Below are positions 12,501 through 26,079 of a stretch of DNA of 64,000 bases, one piece after another. The position numbers and the translations under genes were made by a program. Below the pieces are notes generated by a model, which saw only the letters and a list, made by a program, of their open reading frames with translations, searched no databases and was not told where the DNA came from. This stretch comes from Marsupella aquatica (taxonomy: Eukaryota; Plantae; Marchantiophyta): assembly GCA_973895155.1 (NCBI GenBank), contig OZ316891.1, forward strand, positions 1,355,324 to 1,419,323, given 5' to 3'. Position 1 is the first letter of the stretch. Each line of letters begins with the position of its first letter.

Positions 12501-15500
12501 TCATAATAACCTTGGATCAATTTCATAGTCACTTTAATGACCATGTAATGGATTATGCTTTTCATGAACACATATCTCGTTGGATTTATGTTTGAAGACT
12601 GGAGAAATGTAAAATTGATGCTGGTTGGGTAAACAAAAGAAAAGATCCCAAAACGACCCCAAAGAAATGGGATGAGGCGATTACCAAACAGTCAAGATCA
12701 AAACAGGGTTTAATTTTCAATTACACAGCCTAATATTTCTCAGACATGCCCGACTCCTCTTAAAAATCTGAGTGCTATTAAACTGAATCCGGGACAAAAA
12801 ACAAAGTAAGAGCGCTAACCTGTAGTATGACATCTGGTTGCTGTGCAAATGTTTGGAAATCATCTCTCTTTGAGAGGCCAGCCACACTAACTGTGATCGG
12901 ACCTAGAAGATCTCGTACATATCTGGCAATAACAGAACGACAAATAAATTTTCTATATTTAACAGGTAAAGTAACCGCAGAGAAAACCTAGGACAACCTC
13001 AAGACCACTACTTTTTATCCTGCAAGAAAACCAAAGGGCGACGAATCTTACTGATTGGTAGCATCGCCGCTACTCATGCCAGCAGCAGATCGACAGAGCG
13101 CCTCTGAAAGCGCCCGCTGCAAAACACAAACGTGTAGGGTCAATTAACTCTGAGCTATCTTCTAAATCCAGATCACATGACCAGATTCGAGCTCCCAGAG
13201 CCTTGAGTCTCGAAGATTTGTGGACTACAGGTTATTTCGCGTGGTCAAAGAAAAGAGTGTTTCAAACAAGGGATCCAACCTGAATCGGAGCTGCAAGTAC
13301 TGACAATGTTGGCTGCTGATATGCAAACGCATGTGCCAGCTCCTGCCAAGCTTCCTGGGATAACATAGTTCTGTGAGATGACGAGACGATTTACCACAAA
13401 TATGGTATACAGAAAACCATGAAGATGAACTATAACCATAGTCTAACCATACTGCTATGCAACCGAAATATCAACCAGAAAAAAACCATAAAAGAAGGTA
13501 AAGAGGGAAGCTCACCATTGTCACTAGATGCACACAGATATTCCTTCTCCTGACAAGTGAAGGAAGCAACTGGAAGCAAACTATCTCCTGAAAAGTCAAT
13601 TTAACCACTGTGAGCAAGCTGTTCTTCTTCATCGCTTCAAAAGGAGAGTCAAACAACAGGGTAAATCTGAACAGCTTCCATTTCCCTGTTCAGCTAGAAA
13701 GAGCACCCAAATACAACCAAAACCATCTTGTGATATCTAGTGTGCCGACACTGTCCATTCCATATGTAGGACTCCCTCCGTCCCAAAGTGCCCTTAACAT
13801 TTGCGAGTGATTTATGTCCCAACCAGCATATCCTCTTAGACTAAAGTTCCAACGTAAAAATGAAATGATGGGTGCAAACTATTCAGACTCAATCTCAACA
13901 GCAAAAACTTATTATATCAAATCACAACTTTTTGTTTTCAAGAGATTTCTAGCATTTAACTCCTTTGTCCATATTGCGAGAGTGAAAAGTTCTTTAATCT
14001 ATTTATGGCATATTGAACTTAACAAGGATTGTAAGTATGGATGATTAGGCAGTATATTCTTGTATGTGTTTACTTTTTTGGAAATAGAGATTGGCATTTC
14101 GGAACCGAGGGATTATTAACGATTCACACCTGGCTGGTTTCTATCAGGCTCGAAGGACAGAGGATGACGCCAAGAGGTCAAAGCTTTGATCCTTTCATAC
14201 TCACTACTAGGTTACCCCAATGACAGCCAGATTAAGAAAGATTGCATACTTGCAAATTGCGCTCTCCTGACCAGGCAGTCAAAGCAGTGAGAGCCACTCG
14301 TACAAGAGTCTCGAGGACACTCTTCCCTCCACCCTCCTCTCCAAACGCCACCACAAGAGAATTTCTCCCATCATATTGAGTACCTGCTATACGAATCTGC
14401 TGCTGTTCATCTTCATGAGGTGTGGAATTTGGACCCCGCCCCGCGTCTGCTGGCATTAGATATGTATCAACCCATCTCCCAAAAAACCAGACGACTGCCT
14501 GCATTAAAAGAGGCAAATTCGAGTTGGTCCAAAGTTCATGTAATGGCGACGGAGGGTAGACACCTAACTAAGCATCTTGGCTACCAAAACCATTTCTTAA
14601 CGTAGACGAGGCAAGCGTTGGTCCGTTGACTAAAAGGAAATCATCAAGGATGTCATAAAAACAAAATTTCCTGGAGAATGGAACGTACTTCCATGAGACG
14701 GGGGCTGAAAACATCTCTGCTGCTTGTATCCAGTGTCTGACACGCTAACTCAATACACGCCCTGCATAAAATCCCGAATACACATTTCATCGCAACAATG
14801 CGGCCCTGTCAGGTATTATAGCAGATATTCGAAACTAGCAAAAAAGACTTCTTCTACTCCCATTTTCTGACTTAATTAATTTTCGTGCAAAAACTCCAAA
14901 TTTCCAACTTTTACCACCCTTCTACTTTACGAATTTTTCTTCAAGCGTCCACTCACCGAGAAAGAGAAACAGCTGGGTGATTGGCCGGATCTCCAGTTCC
15001 AGATATCAAAGCCGAGATGGACTCAGGCACCTGTTAGAAACAAAGATAACAAATATTGAAACGACTTCTCCCTTCAGGGGCCCAAATTCAGGCAGGATGA
15101 GGGATTGAGTAAGGCATGACTGTCGATGTATTGACGCCCTTGAGATGGACGAGAAGGGACGGACATCAAAATTCCTCTCAAATGTGGCTTTAAAACTAGT
15201 AAAAGTTCACGAATATTCAAAATCAGGTCTAAACAGGAAAATAAAGTTTGATCACTGAAAATTTCCGTACATTACTGTTTTAACATCAGTATATATATAC
15301 TGATGATGAAAAAGTACATAACCTAAATTCAAATTTCGTGTTTAGTATGGGTGTTCGATCCTCTTGAAGGCAAACAACAACATTTATCTAAGCCTGTTTC
15401 AATACCAAGTCATATATAATACTATTTGACATTCAAGTATGACAAGAAGTACCCATCCGCAATCTGTGCTGCCAATATATCACTGCAAAGATTGTATGAA

Positions 15501-18500
15501 GCTGGCATTACCAGTGGTGTTTCTCCTTCACCCGAGTCTGCTAGTACGTGTCCAGACATAAGGAGGAGCCAGTGTAGCTCCTCCAGAACGGACGTTGGAT
15601 CTCCTCTTCCACCAACGCACTACACAGTTTTCCACCAGTGCATGTTTGAGATAGACGAAGGGCAAAGCAAAGTCCTTTGGAGCAACACAAACTCCCAGAA
15701 TGCATTTAAACGGCTCAAGACTTGCTCTTTGATTACAGCTTTACTTGATTACTTGCATTTCTACTTATCCATAATCGTTGCAATTGTATTCCTACCCAGA
15801 ATCTGCACCTTCATGAAGACCCTAAATCAGAAATGCATTGCCCAAATTGCACCAGGTGCTCTGTACCTGGTGCAGCCAAGAGCAGCGCTCTGAGACCAGC
15901 ATAGTAAGCAATGGTATAGTTGCAGATGGGGCAGCTCTTGCTACCAAGGCAATAGCACCTAAACGCTCATCTCTTGCTGCATGAAAGAGGTACCCAAAGT
16001 CAGTAAGAGCAATCACGAACCTAAAAGTGTTTTTCACGGTGTCCAATTGAGGGTAGCTAGGCTACGTTTGGTTCTCTTTCTCTCATAAGCTTGGGCCAAC
16101 ATCGAAGACCCATTCCCCCCCACCCTTATCACGCATGTCCTTCGAAACTAGGTTGTCAACTTCAGACCTTCTAAACATTAGATTGTCTTACGAACAAATT
16201 TTAAGGAAAAAACGATAGCTTCATCGCACGGTGATTACAATAGATCAGGATTGACTAACCAGCGGATTAATGCTAATTCAAATCCCTACCCTGCTCCGCT
16301 CCAAACTAGGCAAGCGGGGCCACTTGCAGATGAACTACAAAGCAATCTCCCTAATCTGCTACATTACTATGGACTCACCTATACCCTCCTATGGACTCAC
16401 CCATACTCTCCTATGAAACTGATGACCCTAAGAACCTACGGCTGAAATGCACGTTGTTTGAGGTCAGCTAGCTTTCGTGACTGTCGACAAATTCCCTGAC
16501 AGGCTCAACTCTCAATTCTCCTTCCTGGTCCTTGGAAATTCCCTTCATCATTTGTTTATCTAGTTCCGACTTCAGATCTCTATCTCACCTGCTATGACAG
16601 CCCCCAGCAGTTCTGTGTCATCACTTTCATCATGGGCAGATGCAGCAGCAGCTACACGCAGAAAGAACGATTGTCAGTATTGGAGACGGAGCAAAGGAAA
16701 AATTTAGAACCACAGTATGCTGACGATCACTGGTCACAAACTTGAGATTCCATGTACCTTTAATTTGTGTCTGCACATAGGAATGGAAAACAGCTGCGGC
16801 AGCATCTATTCCATTGGAAGGGAATGGTATCCTTTTACTGAAATCTGCAGGCTGAACTCCAGACAATCAGTAAGACCAGAAGTTATTAAAACTTTCTATC
16901 AATCAATGCTGATTCCTCCCGCTTAAAAGTCAACAACTCCACTGAGCAGAAAAACGATGGAGACTAATCATGGTCAATTTAAGAATATGAAATTATGCAG
17001 GCTCACTTGTAGAAGTACAGTCCAGCTGTCGAGCAAAATATCAAGAGCTTCACTTGTCCATGTCTCCTCATCACTCCCCTCAGCTACACTAGCCTTTATA
17101 ATCTGACAAGTCAGTGAGGCCAGAAGGTTCAATGTACCCACGGACCTGCGATGAACAAGAAAAGGTTTTCAAAACAGACGTTTTTTTCTAAACCTATCAC
17201 CCGTTTTTTGTCACGCAAGTCGACAAGAAATATAAGTATTGCATCACCCTAGGTTGTGCCAGTCCTTTGTCCAAAATTATCAACAAACCTTGCATTCGAC
17301 CTCAGGAGTTGGTCAAAGGTGGACGGCGGAAGGAGACTTGCAATGCCCACAAGGGCACGACAACCATCCAGAAGCTCACTGGAAAAGAGCCACACTAACA
17401 GTCAATCTTAGTTGCTTTGAGCTCCATCTCATAGGATGTAGCAAAAAATTGTTGTAATGAGAATAGATTACATCTCCTGACTCATTTCAATGCAAGTGTA
17501 AGCAATGCTGAGCTACCTTTCACTTGTGCCAGATTTGACCGCAGGCACAACAAGGTCTGGAGGGTCTAGCCAGAGGCTGATACCAGAGAGTAAACGCTGC
17601 AGGTGGAGCTCTTGTGTAGTATCACCCTCTGTTCAAGATACAGTCCATCTCAGGCAAGCAGCTTTAAGGTGTGTGAAGAAAACACTGTTTGAAGAACAAC
17701 ACCCTTCATGACTGTTCATAAGCAACTGAGTATCTCATTGAACAACTAGTACAGACCTTCTCATTTATTCATTGGTCGGTTTTAATTCGAGAATTGTGTA
17801 TAGCAGTCAACGTGGATGAGTTGTGAACTGACCAGTAGGAAATATATTTCCACTCAGTGAGCAAAGTTGCACAATAAGCTGCCTAGCTGAAACTGCCAGT
17901 GGCGAGTCAATCCATCCACTAGCTCCCGGACCACTTTGCCGAAATCGAGCATAAAGTTCAAGCACCCAGCCGATACGGTTGGGCGGTAACAATAAATCAT
18001 GCCAAGCTGGCCCTGGCTGAGACATGTTCCAAACAACCCATGTCAACCAAGGTACTCGCAAATGTTCAGCTTCATACATGTACTAACAGGATTATAGAAC
18101 ATCTGGTGGTAATCAGATCAAGTTGAAAACGAGGATTCTCAGCAGACCTCAGGCTGTAAAGGACATCAAGCCTACGCAAATCAGTTTTGTTCCAGGACAT
18201 CTCACCGGCAGTAGTTTAAATCCAACAAACACTCTTTACAAATTTTTCAAACGGGACACTAAATTGTTTTTCAAGAGAATGTCAGCTTCACCTGGACCAC
18301 AGATGCATGCTCCCCTGGACGCTTCACACTTTCACGTCCTATGGAGGATGTGAAAGCATTTGATCTGTTTCTACCCACAATAAGTATCCCACCTGGCCCA
18401 CGAATCAGTGTCCCTTGAAATTCCCAATTCAAGATCTGGGACATCAAATGTAAAGCTGCAGCACAGACATTGACATCTTGAGGAGTCCCAACCCCTTGCA

Positions 18501-21500
18501 GTGCTTTTTCAGCTGATGTGACCGCTGCGTCTTGTGACCATGAGTAGAATTGCTGCCCCGAACCATCATAGAAGAAGCCATATGGCAGGGTCAAGTTTTA
18601 TAATCATAAGTTAACAGAGGGAAGCAGTGAAGCTGATCATCCCCAAATCCAACTACGTCCAACTCTATTTACATAGATTTAAAATTTACACTTTCCAAGG
18701 CATTCTATCCTTTCTTTCTGTATAATTCCTCGACCTTTACAACTAACGGTGTTTTCACACAGGAAGTACCTTACCTGCAAATATTCCAGCTCTAGTGAAG
18801 CTCGACAATGTTCGTGGAATTCAGCAGGCAGGCCCATTGCACTGGCTGTAGATGGTGAGAATTCCGAAACCTGCAGCATTGCAACAGCACCAATGAATTA
18901 ATTAGCAGAAACCATCCAGACGTAGGTTTCTTTAGCAATGTGAACCCACCGAGAATCCCAGAAAGAGGACAAAGACTTTTATGCAAAAACGGAGGGAAAA
19001 CGAACCCCCCCAAAAAGTGACATCAAAAAATCAAAATCTCGTTACTGTAACGATCATTCAATTTAGCAAGCCCAATCATCAAAACGTCCAGATACACGAC
19101 CAGACCAAAGACCTACGATTCCACATACCAGAGATTCTAGAAGGGCAATGCCTGATCTTTGAGCTGCAGGTCCATGTGTTCCAACTACAGCCACCCTAAC
19201 CTGCACAGCTACCCTCCAACTGTCAGAAATGTTGCTTGCAGGCACACATATCATTGCACGACATCTGCAAGTTCCCAACCCCCAACTGAGCCGTTCATAG
19301 AACTGATCTACTGTCATTGAAACTTTTGACTGGAGGAATATTGTATCAATCCTAATTCGATATTGAAAGCCTCCCAAATAAAACAGATCGCGGGAATGCA
19401 GCAAAAGTCCATAGGAAAGAAATATACCTCGTTAAAGAATGACTCCTTCTCTGAAGCTACAGAGTCCAACCTGCAAAAGGCTTTCAGCAAAAGTAAGAGT
19501 CTGTCGAAGTGATCATCCTCAAAAGTAGCTGATGCTTATGTGCAACCTACCCAATAGTACTTAGACCTAAAGCTGAGTTAATCTAATGGAACGAAACTTT
19601 AACAAGTGCCTGTGCTTTCTTTGCAAAGCTTGTTCAAGGTTCAGATCATCAATGTCAAAAAATAGGAGAAGAAAGTAAAGCACACCATCCTCGCTTCAAC
19701 AGAACAGCTGCCACCGCAAGAACCTTTGCCTGTACAAATGCTTCTGCTGCATCAGCTCTTGCCATAACGTAATGCAGACAATATCTGCAAAGAATTCCAT
19801 GAAGAAAAGATTTGGGTAAGCCATCAAAATGGAGGACTGACTTATTAGCAGCTCGGACAAATTGAAACTGAGAGGATAAAGCATCGCAGTTTCCAATTCA
19901 TATCAACTGGACGAGAAAGCAAAAGGAAGTCATACGTGCGGAGGCTGTTCTTATCATTTGCCGAGAGCAAAGTCCACTCTCTCACAGCTGCTTCTTGCAT
20001 TGTAGCAGCTGCCTGGAACCTTGCAGTTGCCATCTGTGAATGCTCTGTCACAATTTTTTCTTCCCAGTGTTAAGACATTCAGATAAAGATGAAAAATGTT
20101 CCAGATGGGAATGAATGTCCAGTATGTTATAGTACACAAGGTTTATATATATACCTAGAGTAATTGAGACTAAGTTTATTACGTTGTCTCCAAGTTTTTA
20201 CTTCCTAAAAACGACTCGTTGTTATTAGGGCAAGATTCTTCTTTGAAATGAGCCCCATATTCAGGCAAAATTGTGTTAAGGAGAAGGTGAAGTACTGGCG
20301 CTGACAAAGAAAGCAACAAGGCGCAACTGATTTTGTGCATCATTCAATGAACATGTTTATTCCTTTCTCAGCAAAATTTAGTTGAAAGAGCCGGCACTAC
20401 GGATACGTACCAAGTATATACTGACAAGCTTGTATGGGTTGCGATGACCTTCGAAAGGCAAGCAAGGTTGCTTCTGCGGAGGCCCTACTGCTAGGGTCCT
20501 GCTACGTATATTTAGCTCTGGTTAGTAGACATTGAATGCAGAAAATAAGGCGAATCGCTACTGACTTTCCTACAAACAGTGAGTTTGATGAAGAAGAAGA
20601 AAAAATCATATAAAGAGTCAATCCTCCGTATCTCATGGCTGACTCGTTCACGTCTGCTACTACAACACTCAAAAATCTGCTGCACAATGATGACTTGTTA
20701 ACAAACCCAAATATTTTTATCATTATTGCATTGATTAGGCTCAGTATTTATCCCAAGAAGTTGAAATCAATTTACAAGTAGTTTACATGTCACCCACCAA
20801 ACCATGAAAGACGCACTGGCCAATGGTCGTGAATTTCCAGCCGAAGAGCTTTATCATTTGGCCCTGAACTTCTAGAATTCCCGTATTCATGTCTAGAATT
20901 CCCGAATGATAAACGCAGGGAATTGTCATACTAGGAACCCTAAACGGAAAACTAACTCCCACGGGAGTCCAAAACCCATCGTTTCACAACAGACGTCAGA
21001 GATGCTTCCCCAGATGGTGACAATTCCAACGCAGCAGTTATGACAAGCCAGACCGAGGCAAGGGAAGTTGAATGTTGGCAAAAGAGGGCGAGGACGAGCA
21101 CTGATTTCAGGATGTAGAGGTTGCTGTGGTGGGACTATTGACAACTTGCGGACTCTGGGGGTCTCTGAGTGCATATGTCATGGTTTCAAAGAGAGGGTGA
21201 GAACAAGTCTTAAAGTCCTGAGATTTAAGTCTGCAAAAGGTGCATCGACTTGCCAACTTTTGCAGTGCTTGTTGATCGTCAAGGCAGAAAAACCTCTATT
21301 TTCACGGCTGAAAATGTTCACAAAATTCATCAAGCTGTGCATTTCGCGAATCATGATCCAAACCTGTAATAATGGAGGGGGACTGATCTATACCTGCAGC
21401 CCAGCACAAGCTTGCTCCACAGCTTGAATAGTTGCCATCAGACGCTCCATGTCGCTACTGATTCCCCCTTGCGGCTGTCCCTGCTGCTGCCACGAATTTT

Positions 21501-21513
21501 GCTCCATTCCCAT
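9596..21513 (-). CDS. XPO4: Exportin-4 (importin-beta family karyopherin), many exons
   Basis: Start MGMEQNSWQQQ...TIQAVEQACAGLQ. Internal exons include ARFQAAATMQEAAVREW, YCLHYVMARA...LLKRGW, SEFSPSTASAMGLPAEFHEHCRASLE and LLKYPKLCRQYF. C-terminus SSLDRNNRRRFRENLYTFLSEVRGFLRTR* (stop at 9596). These match plant exportin-4. Confidence 0.92.
13772..14113. mobile_element. Degenerate Stowaway-like (Tc1/mariner) MITE in an XPO4 intron
   Basis: Left end ctccctccgtcccaaa is the canonical Stowaway TIR start. Right end tttcggaaccgaggga is an imperfect inverse. The interior is AT-rich and there is no clean TA target duplication. Confidence 0.4.
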
Positions 21514-22414
21514 CTCTTTCAAGAACTCTCTGAAAAGCTACGCGTCTGATGAGGACATGTAAGAGTCTTCTGACTGCCACACATTTTATTCGAAACAATG
21601 CCGCCACTTAATCACACGTTTACACTCACCTTGAACACTTCAAACTCTGTTATTCCTATTTCCCGCTTCCCAGCAGTCGACTATACTTGTGATACCGTAG
21701 CTAATCCAGTCCCTGCTGCTACTCTACTCCCAACTCCCCCGCATTACTCTAGCTACAGGTCGAAATCCATTCCTCACAACAGCACGCTTTCCGAGTGGCA
21801 TCAAAGTCAGTCACTGAGCCTAGCAGCCAGTCAAGCATCTGGCTCGAATTTCCTCATCATCAAACCATGCACCTCCTTCTTACGGCCCCACAAGCAAGAG
21901 CACCTCATAAGCAGGTTGCCCTCTTTTGAATCGGTACAACAAAACCTCCATTTTTTCTCCCCCAGGTCCAAAACCTCGCCCTCCTCAAAACCTGTCCGCA
22001 TCACCACTTTCCCCTTCCCTTCCCTTCACCTCACCCCACTCCACTTCACTTCACCCTTCTTGATAGCCTCAATATCCTCTCCTCCCTCCCCTCCCTCCAA
22101 ACTTCCGCCTCCCTTTCCTACTCATCAAACCTGTTCTCATGCTGCAGCCGACAACAGCCGAGAGGAAGTCGAATTGAAATTCGGGAACCAGAGGCAAACA
22201 GACTGCAGCAACCTTTCTATCGGCTTGCCCACTCACTCAAAACAGTTTTCAGTGAGGTCCCCAGCTCCGCCCGAGTGGACTGGTGCCCGTCCGTTCAACA
22301 GTCCCGATCATGCCATCTCCCTCCTCCTCGTCTCTCCTCCGACAGACAGGTCGAGATCATCCAGACAATCCTCAAATGCTCATGCACCAAAAAGAGTCAG
22401 ACGCGATGGAGGCA

Positions 22415-22530
22415 GAGCAAAGCAGCAGAGAGAAACAGAGCAGCAGAACAGAATAGAACAGAACAGAGAAGAAGAGAAGAGACGAGAGGAGAGGAGAGGA
22501 GAAACAGAGCAACGAGGCGAAACAAGAGGA
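22415..22530. repeat. GA/CT-rich low-complexity tract in the XPO4 promoter or 5'UTR region
   Basis: Runs of agaac, agagg and gaga units, pyrimidine-rich on the XPO4 sense strand. Confidence 0.6.
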
Positions 22531-25139
22531 AATGCTATGCTACTGTATGAGTAGAGTGGGGCTCCGTATTGGCCCTTTTCACACGGGCTGCATATATGAC
22601 AACAATTATCCGGGGTCGGAAAGCCGCTGTCCCTTTCCCGACTACCCGCACGGCGACAAAGCGGAACCCACGGCGGACGTAAATAGAAAAGTTACTGTCA
22701 GTCCAGTTCGCCCTCTCGTTCGTGTCCCGTGGTGTACGGGCCAGTGGCAAAGAGTGATCTGCGGGGCCCACCGTTCGAGTGGAATTTATGGTGGGGCAGT
22801 AAACTTGTTGTTATCTCCTGGCCCATTCCTAAGGGAGGGGGCAGCGGTTCAAGTTTCATGGAGAAGTGAAGGGTGTCTGGCCCCTCTCCTCAAGACACCC
22901 TTCACTTCTCCGGGGCCCAGGCACCCTTCTTTTCTCCGATGGAACTTGAATCCTTGGGGCCTTCACAGGAATGATCGGATGGACATCTCCTCTTTTTCAA
23001 TGGTTGGATTAGATTCTGAAAAAAAGTGTATTTATCCCCAATAACCAACAATGGGTTGCTTTTGGCTTTAGAAGAGGAGTGGCAGTGGCAAACTTTAAGC
23101 AACCACCCATCCTACAGTAGTTGGCAGTCAGGGGACCCGGGAGAAACTGTCCCCTCTCTATAGTCTTTTGGCCAAACTTAGATAACCTTGGAGGTGATAT
23201 TTTGGTTTGTCATCTGGATCCCAACTGTTTGCAATAAATGTCTTTCCGACACTGGTGCCTCCCTTTGTAATTCCTGTCAGGAAGAAAGGTTAAATACCGG
23301 TGTGTAACCTTTTCTGCTAGGTGCTATCACTTCCATAACCCTGTGCCTGGAAAGTCTTACCCGATAATCTTTTTCCCAGGCAAATATTACGTATGATAAT
23401 GACTGTTTGGGTTGGGGTTTGTCTGAAACATGTTCCCACAAAGCTCAGAAAAACTTCCCGGCTGCTGTCGGTCAGCATTCCCTCATTTCTAGGTCACAGG
23501 GTTACAAACTGGTAATCCCAGACCAAACAGTCATTACCCTATACATTTCAGGTCTGGAGCCCAACTTTCAGCTCTCCGACTCATCCCTTTGTTCTCATGT
23601 GGAAAAAAGGAGAACGGCCCTCTGGTTGTTCTTGAAGAGCCAGCCTTTGTTACAGCCTTTTTGTGGGAAGTAGGCATCTTGACAATTGCCACCTCACAAG
23701 AGGAAGGGATTTCTCAGGTCTTGTCTATATGCATGTTAATCTCGGCCATGCTGAGTGAAAGACGGGGATATGCGTTGGCATTATTTGCACCCAAATCCCT
23801 AGCAAGACAAGTGACAAGAATGAGGACATTCTTGGAACCCATTCATTCACAGGGCCATTTCCTCTGTGTAGGTTGAAATGCATGGTTCGACTTGTTTTGC
23901 TTGAAACAATACCCCTGTGGAACGACAGTGGATGGTCAGACATACCTATGTTGCTGAGAACCATCAGACAGTAGCTAGTAAGGGTTGTTGAGGAAAGGAT
24001 GAATTGTTTCTTTAAATTCCCCTATTAAAGACCCTGTTGCACAAGTTCCCAAGGTTAAAACATTCAGAAGAAATGCTTCTTGGCTGGCGATGGCAATAAG
24101 ATTCAACCTGTCAATTGTGTACGTTGTCACCACTTATGTGGCATGTGTCTGCCACTTAATCCCGTTAGACTTGCTGCCATTCCAAGGTTTCAAACCACAA
24201 TTGGGCCTCCATTACTACTTTAATTTTTGTTCATCATAGGGATATTAATTGTGTAGCTTGTCTAGAGACTATATTCCACCTGGCCAGTTCAGCTGGAGTT
24301 GAGCTGGACCACCAGGCCCAGCTCAAGTGGTTAGATTTATAGTGAAACGTTTAGCAGCTCATCGTGGGGGCCAAATGTAAATGACTAGCTAGAGGAAACA
24401 TGTGTTACACATGAACTCTATCCCTTGTCTCTATTTTTAGCACTTTATGTTCACTTACCTGCCTAATACAGATTTATGGTCCACTTGCTTTTTTTTGGTA
24501 GTGTAATTTTTCTCTTAGCAAGCTGTTTTTGTGTTTTTTCGTATCAAAAGATAAAATGTCATTTGGGTGAAAACAGGCTTTTGAACTCCTTCTATGCTGA
24601 TGGGATTCTTTGCTTTCTCAACTCTTATGCACAAGTAGCACAAAGTCTTGCCAGTCTTTCTGATAAAATTGGCGGACACGGTGAAAACAATACAGTAAAG
24701 AATGTGGGGGAATGGATGTGTATATTTTAGTGTTTTGTCTAACAATTGTGTCCATGAATCCTCGCATGAATCTCCCCAAGAGATATACATTCTTGAAGTC
24801 TGAGACAAATGTAACAAGATTCACCCCAAAGTATTCAAGCTCTTCTATGGGCCCAAAATCAATAATGTTCAGTTGATGCAAAGTTGATGCTGGAATGGAC
24901 CACAACATTTGAGCCTAGTAAACTGCTGGACAAAGCCATTTTGACACCCATTTATGCAAAAGAAAAGCATTTATGCAAAAGAAAAGCTCAGTGCCTTGCT
25001 GGTTTTGTCCACTGTGGTCCGTTGAATAGACTTGAAATACTGTTGTCTTCACCTAACAAAACAGGATAAAAAAAGTGGTACCTAAATAAGAAGTAATGTT
25101 TCAAAACATTTCATGCAGGTTGCAACAGTCCATCCAACC

Positions 25140-25870
25140 ATCTTGCAAAACATGTGGTCTATGGGCACTTTAGTGAATTTTGATTATCTTCTCCAACATT
25201 GTCATCTAGGGGAACAATAGTGAAATACGACTATGTTCCCAAACATTGTAGTCTTGGGAACTCATGTTTGGGAACTCAAGTGCAATCATACTATCTTGTC
25301 AAACATTGTGGTCTATGCCAACTTCAGGTGAAATCAGACTACCTTGCCAAACATTGTGGTTTTATGGGAACTTTAGTGAAATCCAACTATCTTGTCAATC
25401 ATTGTGGTCTCTGGATGAAATCGTTTAGTGAAATCCTAGTGTCTTGTCAAACATTCTGGTCCGCAACTGCACCTATACAAGCTCTTATTATAAAGTGCAG
25501 AGTTTCAGTGATGAGTGCTCCACCTTTTATGGTGAGTACTCTCTTCACCCCAGGACAAGGATGAGCAATAGCAAGACAAGGAATGGGGTTTTTATATGAG
25601 CAGGTGGTTTAAGTGGAATACTCTTTTTGCCCTGGTTCCTAGAGCTTATTTGGCTCTTTGGTTGCCTCCCTTTGATTGGGCATTTAGCGTCTGGGATCAT
25701 GTCTCCACGTTGGGCGCCCCTTGTTTTTCCAATTTGATATATTTAATGTGTAGTCTACGGGAACTTCAGTACCATCACACTATTTTGTCGAACACTGTGA
25801 TCTATGGGAACTTATTTCATTGTAATCAGACTATATGGTCGAACATAGTGATCTATGCGAGCTTTAGTGA
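25140..25870. repeat. Degenerate ~47-bp minisatellite, about 7 units plus 2-3 units, interrupted by about 290 bp of unrelated sequence
   Basis: Consensus aaacattgtggtctatgggaactttagtgaaatc.gactatcttgtc repeats over 25147-25460 and again over about 25745-25870. Confidence 0.8.
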
Positions 25871-26079
25871 AGCGCTGTGCACATGCACAGAAAACATTCA
25901 AATTTGAGGGAGGAGGTGACGGTTGGGGGAGGGATTGAATTGTCGATTAAATCAGGAGAAGTAGCAGGGGTTACACTTCTCCAGTAGTGAAGGTAGCGCG
26001 TGTGCGGTTTCTGCTGAGTGAGGCTTTCGGGTGCAGTAGCTAGAGGATGGGACGCAATTGAGAAAGTAGTGGAGTAACG

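Noticed and set aside
15284-15305. Perfect 22-bp palindrome catcagtatatatatactgatg in an XPO4 intron
   Set aside because: It is centred on a TA microsatellite and too short to imply function.
21598-22554. 318-aa plus-strand ORF
   Set aside because: Low-complexity Pro/Ser and Glu/Arg sequence antisense to the XPO4 leader and its CT-rich tract; a compositional artefact.
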